A stretch of DNA of 24,000 nucleotides, from the NCBI RefSeq assembly GCF_034427435.1, contig NZ_JAXQNP010000003.1, forward strand, positions 458,268-482,267, given 5' to 3'. Positions 8,269 to 16,205 of this stretch are shown here, in pieces (the stretch's first letter is position 1; each line of letters begins with the position of its first letter). The position numbers and the translations under genes are program-made. The notes under the pieces are model-generated. The model ran no database searches, was not told the origin of the DNA, and saw nothing but the letters and a program-made list of their open reading frames with translations. Origin of the DNA: Nitrospirillum sp. BR 11828. Its GTDB lineage: Bacteria; Pseudomonadota; Alphaproteobacteria; Azospirillales; Azospirillaceae.

Positions 8269-8991
8269 ATGAACCAACTTGACCGGTCCCTTGACACGCT
8301 GGCAGCGGCGAAAACCATTCCGCAGATCGCCGAGGCGCTGGGCGCGGAAACCGCGCGCATGGGATTCGAATGGTTTGTCTATGACGTCCTGGTGAATCCC
8401 AACGGCTGGACCGGTCAGCTAGTGTGTGGAAACTATCCCCAAGCTTGGGTCGATCATTATATCCAGCAGCGCTATACCCGCGACGACATCGCCATGATCC
8501 GGGCGATGTCGTCAGTCGTTCCCATTGCCTGGGGTGGGCCTGCGACCCACCTGCATCTGACGGAACGGCAGCGCATCGTCCTTGAGGAAGGTGCGGAGGC
8601 TGGATTGAGATCCGGAGCCATTGTGCCGGTCCACGGCCCCGGCCCCGGCAAAAGCGTGCTGGCCGTCAGCAGTTCCCTGACAGGTGAGGGTTTCAACCGC
8701 CTTTTCGTACATCATCGGCACGAACTGCAGGTGATCGCGACATATGCCCAGGAACAGATAATCAAGTTGGACGTCGGCAAACCAAGAGCCTCCCTTTCGC
8801 TGTCCCCTCGCGAGGCTGAAATCCTGACATGGACCGCTCTTGGTGAGGCGGCCCTGCAAATCGCTGGTCGCCTGAACATCTCGTCACACACCGTTCACCA
8901 GCATATCGACAGCGCCCGAAAGAAGTTGGGCGCCCGGAACAAGGTCCAAGCCGCATCCATCGCTATCGCGCACGGCCTCATTCGGATTTAG
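8269..8991 (+). CDS. LuxR-family transcriptional regulator with an autoinducer-binding-type N-terminal domain and a C-terminal GerE/LuxR HTH. No synthase gene is nearby, so it is a LuxR solo.
   Basis: 240 aa from the ATG at 8269. The N-domain has YPQAWVDHYIQQRYTRDD...PIAWGG, and the W/Y/D/W/G positions align with the TraR spacing. The C-domain is LSPREAEILTWTALGEAALQIAGRLNISSHTVHQHIDSARKKLGARNKVQAASIAI. Third-position G/C is visibly lower than in neighbouring genes. Confidence 0.9.
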   Translation: MNQLDRSLDTLAAAKTIPQIAEALGAETARMGFEWFVYDVLVNPNGWTGQLVCGNYPQAWVDHYIQQRYTRDDIAMIRAMSSVVPIAWGGPATHLHLTERQRIVLEEGAEAGLRSGAIVPVHGPGPGKSVLAVSSSLTGEGFNRLFVHHRHELQVIATYAQEQIIKLDVGKPRASLSLSPREAEILTWTALGEAALQIAGRLNISSHTVHQHIDSARKKLGARNKVQAASIAIAHGLIRI

Positions 8992-9068
8992 GGGCGAACC
9001 ACCCACCGGTATTTCTCCGCACCTGGCGTCGGATTGGCCTCCCTAAAAATCGGGATATTGGCCATCGT

Positions 9069-9090
9069 GCATTTTTGCGCTAAAAAATGC
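9069..9090. repeat. 22-bp perfect palindrome in the AT-rich spacer (candidate operator or hairpin)
   Basis: GCATTTTT (9069-9076), spacer GCGCTA, then AAAAATGC (9083-9090). It lies 78 nt after the LuxR stop and about 190 nt before the next CDS. Confidence 0.3.
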
Positions 9091-9276
9091 CGAAGAAAAC
9101 AACAATTAATAATGGCAGGCGTAGACCATATACCGGGTCGGGATAATACAGCCCAACAATAATATAGTCACTGCCCCACCTGCCAAACCGCAGATCCCAT
9201 TTCCTTTGATTGGGGAACCAAAATGGCTCCGGAACATAATTTCATAAATCAACAGATATTTTCTGCGGAGAACGTT

Positions 9277-9645
9277 ATGAGAATTCGGGAGTACTGCCTC
9301 GATAACGACACAATATGCTTTGGCGCTTCCGTCGCCTACATTACCTGCTACCAGCAAGACGGCAGGTTGATGATCCATGTGGTGGCGAACTGTCTCGTCA
9401 TCGGCCTAGGCCACGGGAAAGCGGGGCTCGCCCTTCAACTGGCCGCCCCCCTCGGGGACGGCAACTATATCCGTATGGCCGAGACCGAAGTGACCAGCCT
9501 CATGATCGCACTGCCCTGTTTTGAAGGCCCAGTCATCGCCTTCGCCGACAACCGTTACATCGGCGCCATCAGAGACTTTTTCAACACCTCCAGCGACGCC
9601 TCCACCTACCCTTCGCCACCCCGCCTGCGGCTTGTGAAGCCATAG
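9277..9645 (+). CDS. Hypothetical protein, 122 aa, no family recognised
   Basis: Part of ORF 9223..9645. From the ATG at 9277 (GGAGAA 6 nt upstream), roughly three quarters of third positions are G/C by hand count. The first 18 codons of the longer ORF are AT-rich at third positions. The overlapping minus-strand ORF 9106..9378 lacks this signal. Confidence 0.6.
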   Translation: MRIREYCLDNDTICFGASVAYITCYQQDGRLMIHVVANCLVIGLGHGKAGLALQLAAPLGDGNYIRMAETEVTSLMIALPCFEGPVIAFADNRYIGAIRDFFNTSSDASTYPSPPRLRLVKP

Positions 9646-9717
9646 ATGCTTGCGGCCCTCATTGAGCCGCCACTCTCCGCTTTTTTCAGCCCCAGCTCGG
9701 CCTCTCCCCGACCCCAG

Positions 9718-11475
9718 TCAGGGACGCGCGCCCTGCCGGGCCAGCCAGCGGCCCATCTGGTCGTGCAGGATGTCCATGGGCATGGGGCCGTCGTCCAGCA
9801 GGGCGTCGTGGAAGGCGCGGATGTCGAAGCGCGATCCCAGCGCCTGTTCCGCCCGCCGCCGTTCCGCCAGGAATTTCAGCTCCCCCACCTTGTAGGCCAG
9901 GGCCTGGGCCGGCCAGGCGATGTAGCGTTGCGTCTCGCCCCGCACGGCGCGTTCCGGCAGGGCCGTGTTGTCGCGCAGGCAGCTCGCCGCCTGCTCAGCG
10001 CTCCATCCCTTCCAGTGGATGCCCACGTCCATCATCAGGCGGCAGGCCCGCCACATGTCGAAGGACAGGCGGCCAAAGCGTTCATAGGCCGTGCGGTAGA
10101 CGCCCATATCCTCGCCCAATTGCTCGGCGTATAGCGCCCAGCCCTCGATGAAGGCGGTGGGTTCGTCCTTGCGGCGGAAGGCGGGCAGGTCGGTGCGTTC
10201 CTGCCCCAGGGCGATCTGCAGATGGTGGCCCGGCACGCCCTCATGCAGGATCCAGGCGGGCAGGCCGAACAGCGGATCCTCGAAGGAGCGGGAGCCCACG
10301 ACCACCCGGCCGGGCACGCCCTTGACCGGGTCGCCCAGGTCATAGCCGCTGGATGAGCCTTCCTGCTCCGGCGGCTTTTGCCGGATGGTCCAGGTCAGGC
10401 GCGGCAGCGTGCCGAACCACAGGGGCAGCAGGCCGTCGACGCGCTTGCCGATCTCGCTGGCCTTTTCCACATAGGTGGCGAGGTCGGGGGCATAGAACTG
10501 TTTGTCCGTGCGCAGCTTGGCGATGAACTCGGGCAAGGTGCCGGTGAAGCCGGCGGCCCGCATCGCCGTCTCCATCTCCCCCCGGATGCGCGCCACCTCC
10601 CGCTCGCCCAGCGCGAACACCGCGTCGGGCGTCAGGTCGGTGGTGGTGGAGCGGCGCACGGCGAAGGCGTAGTAGTCGCGCCCGCCCGGCAGGCTGCTGG
10701 CGCCCAGCGTGTCGCGCGCACGGGGCACATAATCCTGGTCGAAGAAGGCCACCATCTTCGCCTGCGCCGGCTTCACCGCCTGGGCCACGGCCGCCAGGGC
10801 GTCGGCCCGCAGCGCCGCCTGGCGGTCGGCCGGGATGGTGGCGGGCAGGATCTTCAAGGGCCCCAGCAGGGGGCTGGCCTCCGCCGGCTGGTCGGCGGCG
10901 ATCTTCAGGATGGCGAGGACGGAGGCGGCGGTGGGCTTGGGCTGGATGAAACCCGTCTCCAGCCCGCGGCGCATGTTGGCGATCTGCTGGTCATAGAAGG
11001 CGGGCAAGGCCCTGAGGCGCGCGATCCATGCCTGGGCGTCCGCCTCCGTCCGGATGACGGTGGTGGCGGCGGCGTAGTTGGCGACGTTGAAGAAGCCGTC
11101 GCCGTTGTCGAAGGGGATGCGATCCTCATCAAACTTGGCCGCCTCCACCAGCACGCCCAGGCGCCAGTCCAGCAGGCGGCGGGTCAGCGCCTCCTCGCCA
11201 TCGGGGGCGGACGGGGGAAGAGCGTCCAAGCGGGCCTTGAGCGCGGCGTAGCCCTGGGCCCGGCGGTCGGCGGCGCCCTTGCTGACGTCCGGCCAGCCGG
11301 GACCGTCGGTGCCGTCGGTCTGGCGGGCCAGCGCCTCATAATCGGCGATGACGGAGGCGACGCCGCCGGCGGTGGCGGTGGCAGCCGCAGCGGCGGCCGG
11401 TTTCGCCTGCGCGGACGGGCCCAGCGGACAGGCCGCCGCCAGGCTGAGAGCCAAGGCCAAAACGGCCCGCTTCAT
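9718..11475 (-). CDS. DUF885-family protein (putative secreted metallopeptidase-like protein), Sec-type signal
   Basis: Signal-like N-terminus MKRAVLALALSLAAACPLGPSAQA, using the second in-frame ATG of ORF 9718..11493. Family-typical motifs include HEGVPGHHLQ, EGWALYAE and ERYIAWPAQALAYKVG. Confidence 0.85.
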   Translation of the reverse strand: MKRAVLALALSLAAACPLGPSAQAKPAAAAAATATAGGVASVIADYEALARQTDGTDGPGWPDVSKGAADRRAQGYAALKARLDALPPSAPDGEEALTRRLLDWRLGVLVEAAKFDEDRIPFDNGDGFFNVANYAAATTVIRTEADAQAWIARLRALPAFYDQQIANMRRGLETGFIQPKPTAASVLAILKIAADQPAEASPLLGPLKILPATIPADRQAALRADALAAVAQAVKPAQAKMVAFFDQDYVPRARDTLGASSLPGGRDYYAFAVRRSTTTDLTPDAVFALGEREVARIRGEMETAMRAAGFTGTLPEFIAKLRTDKQFYAPDLATYVEKASEIGKRVDGLLPLWFGTLPRLTWTIRQKPPEQEGSSSGYDLGDPVKGVPGRVVVGSRSFEDPLFGLPAWILHEGVPGHHLQIALGQERTDLPAFRRKDEPTAFIEGWALYAEQLGEDMGVYRTAYERFGRLSFDMWRACRLMMDVGIHWKGWSAEQAASCLRDNTALPERAVRGETQRYIAWPAQALAYKVGELKFLAERRRAEQALGSRFDIRAFHDALLDDGPMPMDILHDQMGRWLARQGARP

Positions 11476-11754
11476 GGTCGCGCCCATATGCATGCCCCTA
11501 TCGTCCCCATTTTGCCGCCAGCGTCTGTTTCCGGATACGGTATGTCAAATATTTTATCCCCGCCGACGCCGCGCGCCGGGGGCACGGAAACAGGCCCCTG
11601 GGCCGTATAATCGTTCGGGGCCTTAACCCTTCCCCGCCGTCACCCCAGAGTCGCCACAATGCCGGTGCAGGTAGAGGCGACGCGGGACGGGTGCTGACGG
11701 GGCGGGATTGCCCCTGTGCCCGCCTTCCCGCGCCGCGCAGCCCATGAGGAAGAG

Positions 11755-12297
11755 ATGCGTCTGATCATCCGCGCCCTGGTCCTGGGCGCCGCGCTGGCCG
11801 GTTCCGGCCTGGCATCAGCGGAGGTCCCCTTGTCCTCCGCCACCCCGTCCCCCCAATCGCCGGCCAGCCCGGCCGCAGGCAACCAATGGGGCGGCGCCAC
11901 CAGCAGCCGCATACCGGGCAGCATGGCGGAGGGGGAGGCCAACCGCCGGACGGTCCTGGACTTCTACGACGCCTTCTTCAACAAGCATGACCTGTCCGCG
12001 GCGGACCGGTACGTGGCGCAGGACTGCAAACAACACACCCCCGGCCTGGCCGATGGCCGTCGCGCCTTGCAGGACGCCTACGCCGAGATTTTCCAGCGCC
12101 ACCCGGAATCGAAGGCGGAGGTGGTGCGCAGCGTCGCCCAGGGCGACCTGGTGGTGCTGCATGTCCACCGCATCCCAGTACCCGGCGACCGGGGCGAGGC
12201 GGTGGTCGAGATCTTCCGCGTGGCGGACGACCGGGTGGTGGAGCATTGGTCCGTCAGCCAGCCGGTGCCGGCCAGCAGCCCCGACGGCATGTTCTGA
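11755..12297 (+). CDS. Secreted SnoaL-like / NTF2-superfamily protein
   Basis: The ATG at 11755 is preceded by GAGGAAGAG. Signal peptide MRLIIRALVLGAALAGSGLASA, then an S/P-rich linker, then NRRTVLDFYDAFFNKHDLSAADRYVAQDCKQHTPG...VVEIFRVADDRVVEHWSV, typical of SnoaL-like domains. Confidence 0.75.
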   Translation: MRLIIRALVLGAALAGSGLASAEVPLSSATPSPQSPASPAAGNQWGGATSSRIPGSMAEGEANRRTVLDFYDAFFNKHDLSAADRYVAQDCKQHTPGLADGRRALQDAYAEIFQRHPESKAEVVRSVAQGDLVVLHVHRIPVPGDRGEAVVEIFRVADDRVVEHWSVSQPVPASSPDGMF

Positions 12298-12389
12298 ACA
12301 CCCACCGCTTGATGCCGGCCCCTTGACGCCCCAACGGGGCCGGGGCTTAGTCGCCGGGTAGCGTATCCACCACCCGCCCGGCGGCCCCT

Positions 12390-13754
12390 ATGTCCCCACC
12401 CAGCGTGCACCCGCCCGGCCTGGATGCCCCCAGCCTGGCCGCCCCCACCCTGGGCGAGGCCACCCGTGTCTGGGCCCGCATCGGCCTGCTGAGCTTCGGC
12501 GGCCCCGCCGGGCAGATCGCGCTGATGCATCGCGAGCTGGTGGAAAACCGTCGCTGGATCGGGGAGGCGCGCTTCCTGCACGCGCTCAGCTATTGCATGC
12601 TGCTGCCGGGGCCGGAGGCGCAGCAACTGGCCACCTATGTCGGCTGGCTGCTGCATGGCCGGCGCGGCGGGTTGATCGCCGGCCTGCTGTTCATCCTGCC
12701 CGGCGTGCTGATCATGCTGGGCTTGAGCACGCTGTATGTCCTTTACCACCAGGCGCCGCTCACGGGCGCCCTGTTCCATGGCCTGAAGGCCGCCGTCCTG
12801 GCGGTGGTGCTGGACGCCGTGCTGCGCGTGGGCAAGAGGGCCTTGCGCGGATGGCACGGCCTCGCCATGGCGGGGGCCGCCTTCCTGGCGCTGGCGGTCG
12901 GCCATGTGCCCTTCCCCGTGGTGGTCCTGGCGGCCGGCCTGATCGGCATGGCGGCCCGGCCGGCTTTCGCCCCCACCGCCGCCCCCGCCGCCCCGGCGGG
13001 CGGGGCTCTGCTGGACCGGCAGTTGGACGCCGCCGTACCGGCGCATGCCCAGCCCAGCCGCCGCAGGGCCTTGTCCACCCTGGCCCTGTGGCTGCCCCTG
13101 TGGCTGGGACCGCTGGCGGTCCTGCGCCTGGCCACCGGCGCCGACAGCGTGTGGACCCACCTGGCGCTGTTCTTCAGCGGCATGGCGCTGGTCACCTTCG
13201 GCGGCGCCTATGCGGTGTTGTCCTACGTGGCGCAGGCGGCGGTGACGGGATACGGCTGGCTGACACCGGGGGAGATGATCGACGGCCTGGGCTTGGCGGA
13301 GACGACCCCCGGCCCGCTGGTGCTGGTGCTGCAGCATGTCGGCTTCCTGGCCGCCGCCCACACTCCGGGAACGCTGTCGCCGCTGCTGGCCGGGTTCCTG
13401 GGCGCCCTGCTGACCAGCTGGGTGACCTTCGCGCCCTGCTTCCTGTGGATTTTCCTGGGCGGTCCCTATGTCGAGCGGGTGCGGACCCACACCACCATCA
13501 CCGCCGCCCTGGCCGCCATCACGGCGGCCGTGGTCGGCGTCATCCTGAACCTGGCGGTGTGGTTCGGCGGCCATGTGCTGTTCAGCGGCAGCCGGCCGCT
13601 TCACCTGGGCCCCCTGGCCCTGCCCCTGCCCACCGGCCTGGACATCCCCGCCGCCCTGCTGGCGCTGCTGGCCTTCATCGCCCTGCGCCATACCCGCCTG
13701 GGCCTGCTGCCCACCCTGGCCGCCTGCGCGGCGGCCGGGTTGGTTTTTAGCTGA
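12390..13754 (+). CDS. chrA: Chromate ion transporter (CHR family, two-domain long form)
   Basis: 454 aa. The N-terminal half carries FGGPAGQIALMHRELVENRRWIGEARFLHALSYCMLLPGPEAQQLATYVGW. The second half repeats the pattern (FGGAYAVLSYV...GLGLAETTPGPLVLVLQHVGF). The protein is polytopic and hydrophobic. Confidence 0.93.
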   Translation: MSPPSVHPPGLDAPSLAAPTLGEATRVWARIGLLSFGGPAGQIALMHRELVENRRWIGEARFLHALSYCMLLPGPEAQQLATYVGWLLHGRRGGLIAGLLFILPGVLIMLGLSTLYVLYHQAPLTGALFHGLKAAVLAVVLDAVLRVGKRALRGWHGLAMAGAAFLALAVGHVPFPVVVLAAGLIGMAARPAFAPTAAPAAPAGGALLDRQLDAAVPAHAQPSRRRALSTLALWLPLWLGPLAVLRLATGADSVWTHLALFFSGMALVTFGGAYAVLSYVAQAAVTGYGWLTPGEMIDGLGLAETTPGPLVLVLQHVGFLAAAHTPGTLSPLLAGFLGALLTSWVTFAPCFLWIFLGGPYVERVRTHTTITAALAAITAAVVGVILNLAVWFGGHVLFSGSRPLHLGPLALPLPTGLDIPAALLALLAFIALRHTRLGLLPTLAACAAAGLVFS

Positions 13755-13766
13755 GGCGAAAGCGTC

Positions 13767-14684
13767 TTAACGGGCGGCCGCGGTCGCGGTGTCGGCGCCT
13801 GGCTTGCGCCAGGTCTTGGGGCCCAGAACCAGCAGGTTGCCGGCCACCGCCAGCGCCAGGCCGACGAAGGCCGCCGCCGACCAGTGGTAGCCTTCGAAGA
13901 TGGTGGAGATGACCAGCGCCAGGATGGGGATCATCACGGCGACGTAGCCGGCGCGGTCCGCCCCGATGCGGCCGATCAGGGAAAAGTAGGCCAGGAAGGC
14001 GATGACCGAGCCGAACAGGGCGAGATAGCCCAGGGACACGGTGTAGCTGAGGCTGGCCGGAAAGCTGAAGACGGCACCCCGGGCCAACGCCACGCCCACC
14101 ATGAGGACGGCGCCGAAGGCCATGCTCCACGCCGTGGCCGGTAACAGGGGCACGCCCATGCGGGCGCCGCGCTGCACGCAGATGCTGCCCAGGGAGGCGC
14201 TGACGTTGCTGAGCATGACCAGCGCCAGGCCCACCGCTGACTTGCCCGTCAGCCCATCCACCTGCAACTCGGGCAGGAACAGCAGCACCACGCCGCTCAT
14301 GCCGATCAGCCCGCCCAGCAGCACCAGGGGGCGGATGGGCTGGCGCAGGAAGATGCGGGCGTTCAGCACGTTCATGAGGCTGAGGGCGGAACCGGCCACC
14401 GCCACCAGGCCGGATGGCAACCGCTCCGTCGCCAGATAAACCAGCAGGTAGTTGGTGGAAAAGGTGAAGGTGCCCACCAGCGCGACCTGCCGCCAGGCAT
14501 GGCGGGGCGGAATGACCCTCTGCCGCCGTGCCAGCAGCCAACCCATGAGCAGCACGGCCGCCAGGCCGAAGCGATAGGCCACCGACACCGCCGGGTCCAC
14601 GGCGCCCAACTGGAACTCGATCACATACCAGGTCGATCCCCAGATGAGGACGGCGACGAGGTAAAGGCCCAGGATGGGGGACAT
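13767..14684 (-). CDS. EamA/DMT-superfamily transporter
   Basis: From the internal ATG (14684) the protein is MSPILGLYLVAVLIWGSTWYVIEFQLG...VSVAYRFGLAAVLL..., with about 10 hydrophobic helices in two EamA-like halves. The 120-codon upstream extension of ORF 13767..15044 is not membrane-protein-like and contains a terminator-like hairpin. Confidence 0.82.
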   Translation of the reverse strand: MSPILGLYLVAVLIWGSTWYVIEFQLGAVDPAVSVAYRFGLAAVLLMGWLLARRQRVIPPRHAWRQVALVGTFTFSTNYLLVYLATERLPSGLVAVAGSALSLMNVLNARIFLRQPIRPLVLLGGLIGMSGVVLLFLPELQVDGLTGKSAVGLALVMLSNVSASLGSICVQRGARMGVPLLPATAWSMAFGAVLMVGVALARGAVFSFPASLSYTVSLGYLALFGSVIAFLAYFSLIGRIGADRAGYVAVMIPILALVISTIFEGYHWSAAAFVGLALAVAGNLLVLGPKTWRKPGADTATAAAR

Positions 14685-14829
14685 GGCGGCGATCCGACGG
14701 CAACGGTGGGCGATGCGCCGGGAACGGACACCGGCGCGGGGCCGCAACGTTAGATCGCCCCCTGGGATGGGCCAATCCAATTCTTGTGCCGGTGACATTT
14801 TTTGAAAGGCGACGGCATCCACCGCTGTC

Positions 14830-14889
14830 GGGGAAAGGAAAATCAAGGTGCCTTCGGCGGACAGCAGGCAGGATGCCGCCGCCGAAGGC
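14830..14889 (-). terminator. Terminator/attenuator-like hairpin inside the long leader of the EamA gene
   Basis: Perfect 11-bp inverted repeat GCCTTCGGCGG (14850-14860) / CCGCCGAAGGC (14879-14889) with an 18-nt loop. On the minus strand it is followed by ACCTTGATTTTCCTTTCC. No equivalent T-tail exists on the plus strand. Confidence 0.4.
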
Positions 14890-15189
14890 GTGTTCACGAC
14901 GATATCACCTGTCAGCCGCCCGACGAGCGGCTGGAGGAACAAGGGCGGCGGCGGCGCAAGCCACCGCGAACAAGGGTGTCCTATTATCGATTCTTTTCCC
15001 ATATCCTGCCAGGAACGGGGCTTCGTTCCATGTCCCTTCCCCATCCCGACGTGTCACTAATAGGGTGACGCCGACCGGCGACGGCAGGGTCCCGACGCCA
15101 GCCAGGAAACTGTAGGGGACGGGGCCGATATTTCCTTCTTCCCTTATTCTTCCGCCCCCTTCGCCCTATTTCGCCGCAAGACGGACGCC

Positions 15190-15774
15190 ATGGACATCCT
15201 TCCCCAAAGCCCTTTCATCCAGCCCGTGGACCTTGCCAAGGCCTATCGCCTGCTGAACCACGGCCCCACCGTGCTGGTTTCCGCGCATCATGACGGGACG
15301 GATGACGTCATGGCCGCCGCCTGGGCCTGCCCGTTGGACTTCGACCCGCCCAAGATCACCGTGGTGCTGGACAAGGCCACCGCCACCCGCGCCCTGATCG
15401 AAGGCAGCAGCACCTTCGCCCTGCAGGTGCCGACACGGGCCCAGGTGCGCCTGACCCGCGGCGTGGGCGGCGAAAGCCTGGCTGACAACGCCGACAAGCT
15501 GGCCCGGCACGGGGTGGAGCTGTTCCGCATGGATGGCCATGTCCCGCCGCTGGTCACCGGCTGCGCCGCCTGGCTGTCCTGCCGCGTCATTCCCGAACCC
15601 CACAACCAGCAAACCTACGACCTGTTCATCGGTGAGGTGACGGCCGCCTGGGCCGATACGCGCGTCTTCAAGGATGGTCATTGGACGTATGAGACGGCCG
15701 ACCCGGCCTGGCGCAGCCTGCACCACGTGGCCGGCGGCCACTTCTACACCATCGGCGACCCGGTCGAGGGCTGA
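15190..15774 (+). CDS. Flavin reductase-like (FMN-binding split-barrel) protein
   Basis: 194 aa. The pattern AYRLLNHGPTVLVSAHHDGTDDVMAAAWACPLDFDPPKITVVLDKATATRALIEGSSTFALQVP... is typical of the Flavin_Reduct family. Confidence 0.85.
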   Translation: MDILPQSPFIQPVDLAKAYRLLNHGPTVLVSAHHDGTDDVMAAAWACPLDFDPPKITVVLDKATATRALIEGSSTFALQVPTRAQVRLTRGVGGESLADNADKLARHGVELFRMDGHVPPLVTGCAAWLSCRVIPEPHNQQTYDLFIGEVTAAWADTRVFKDGHWTYETADPAWRSLHHVAGGHFYTIGDPVEG

Positions 15775-15961
15775 GGTCTGCGCCGACGGAATGGCTTGAG
15801 CATCCCGCCTTGCGAAAAATTTGGCCTCACAGCCCCCGCCGTTAGCGACCTGTTCATCTTCCAGGGCGTAAAAATACCGTCATGAGCCGCAACGCGCTAC
15901 TTCCCGCCATAATCCTTCCACAATAAAGGATGAGGTTAGAGGAAGTTCAGGAGTAGGGATC

Positions 15962-16168
15962 ATGACCGCCGTGTTCAATAAAGATCGCCTGGTCACTTTG
16001 TGCCTGTGGGTACTATTGTTGGGCATAGCCTGGTCCCTGCCCGTGGTCAGCTACATGCGATCAGAGCATGAGCGGGCGCTGGTCAAGGCCGGCCATTATT
16101 ATAAGCCCGCCTACCCGGCCGAGTTCTACGTGAACCCGCAGCCGTCAAACCCCGTCGCCCCGCGCTGA
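15962..16168 (+). CDS. Small hypothetical membrane protein (68 aa, one TM helix)
   Basis: Strong RBS context AGGAGTAGGGATCATG. One hydrophobic helix, LVTLCLWVLLLGIAWSLPVV. The gene sits in a lower-GC patch. No family recognised. Confidence 0.45.
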   Translation: MTAVFNKDRLVTLCLWVLLLGIAWSLPVVSYMRSEHERALVKAGHYYKPAYPAEFYVNPQPSNPVAPR

Positions 16169-16205
16169 ATACCTGCTGCGGGGATACGAGACCTTCAGCC
16201 CAAGC

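Noticed and set aside
9106-9378. 90-aa minus-strand ORF (or a 43-aa hydrophobic peptide from the ATG at 9237) that might be a small toxin-like membrane peptide
   Set aside because: It has no RBS, AT-rich third positions and no family resemblance. Where the two ORFs overlap downstream of 9277, the coding signal (G/C third positions) is on the plus-strand frame.
9705-9713. A 9-nt match (CTGGGGTCG, inverted orientation) to the 3' end of tRNA-Arg, considered as a possible att repeat bounding the low-GC islet
   Set aside because: It is inverted rather than direct, only 9 nt long (expected by chance in 24 kb), and overlaps the DUF885 stop region.
14685-15044. 120-codon N-terminal extension of the EamA ORF. 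Similar extensions occur on the TonB receptor (18300..18437) and on DUF455 (18289..18435).
   Set aside because: The extensions lack hydrophobic or signal character. They overlap regulatory hairpins or the divergent gene. Internal ATGs give canonical N-termini (a TM helix, a signal peptide, or the family N-terminal helix).
12390-15774. ChrA plus the nearby flavin reductase-like gene as a chromate efflux/reduction module
   Set aside because: The genes are separated by an oppositely oriented transporter and a 505-bp gap. The reductase belongs to the split-barrel Flavin_Reduct type, not the ChrR-type NAD(P)H-dependent FMN reductase family. No chrB-type regulator is present.
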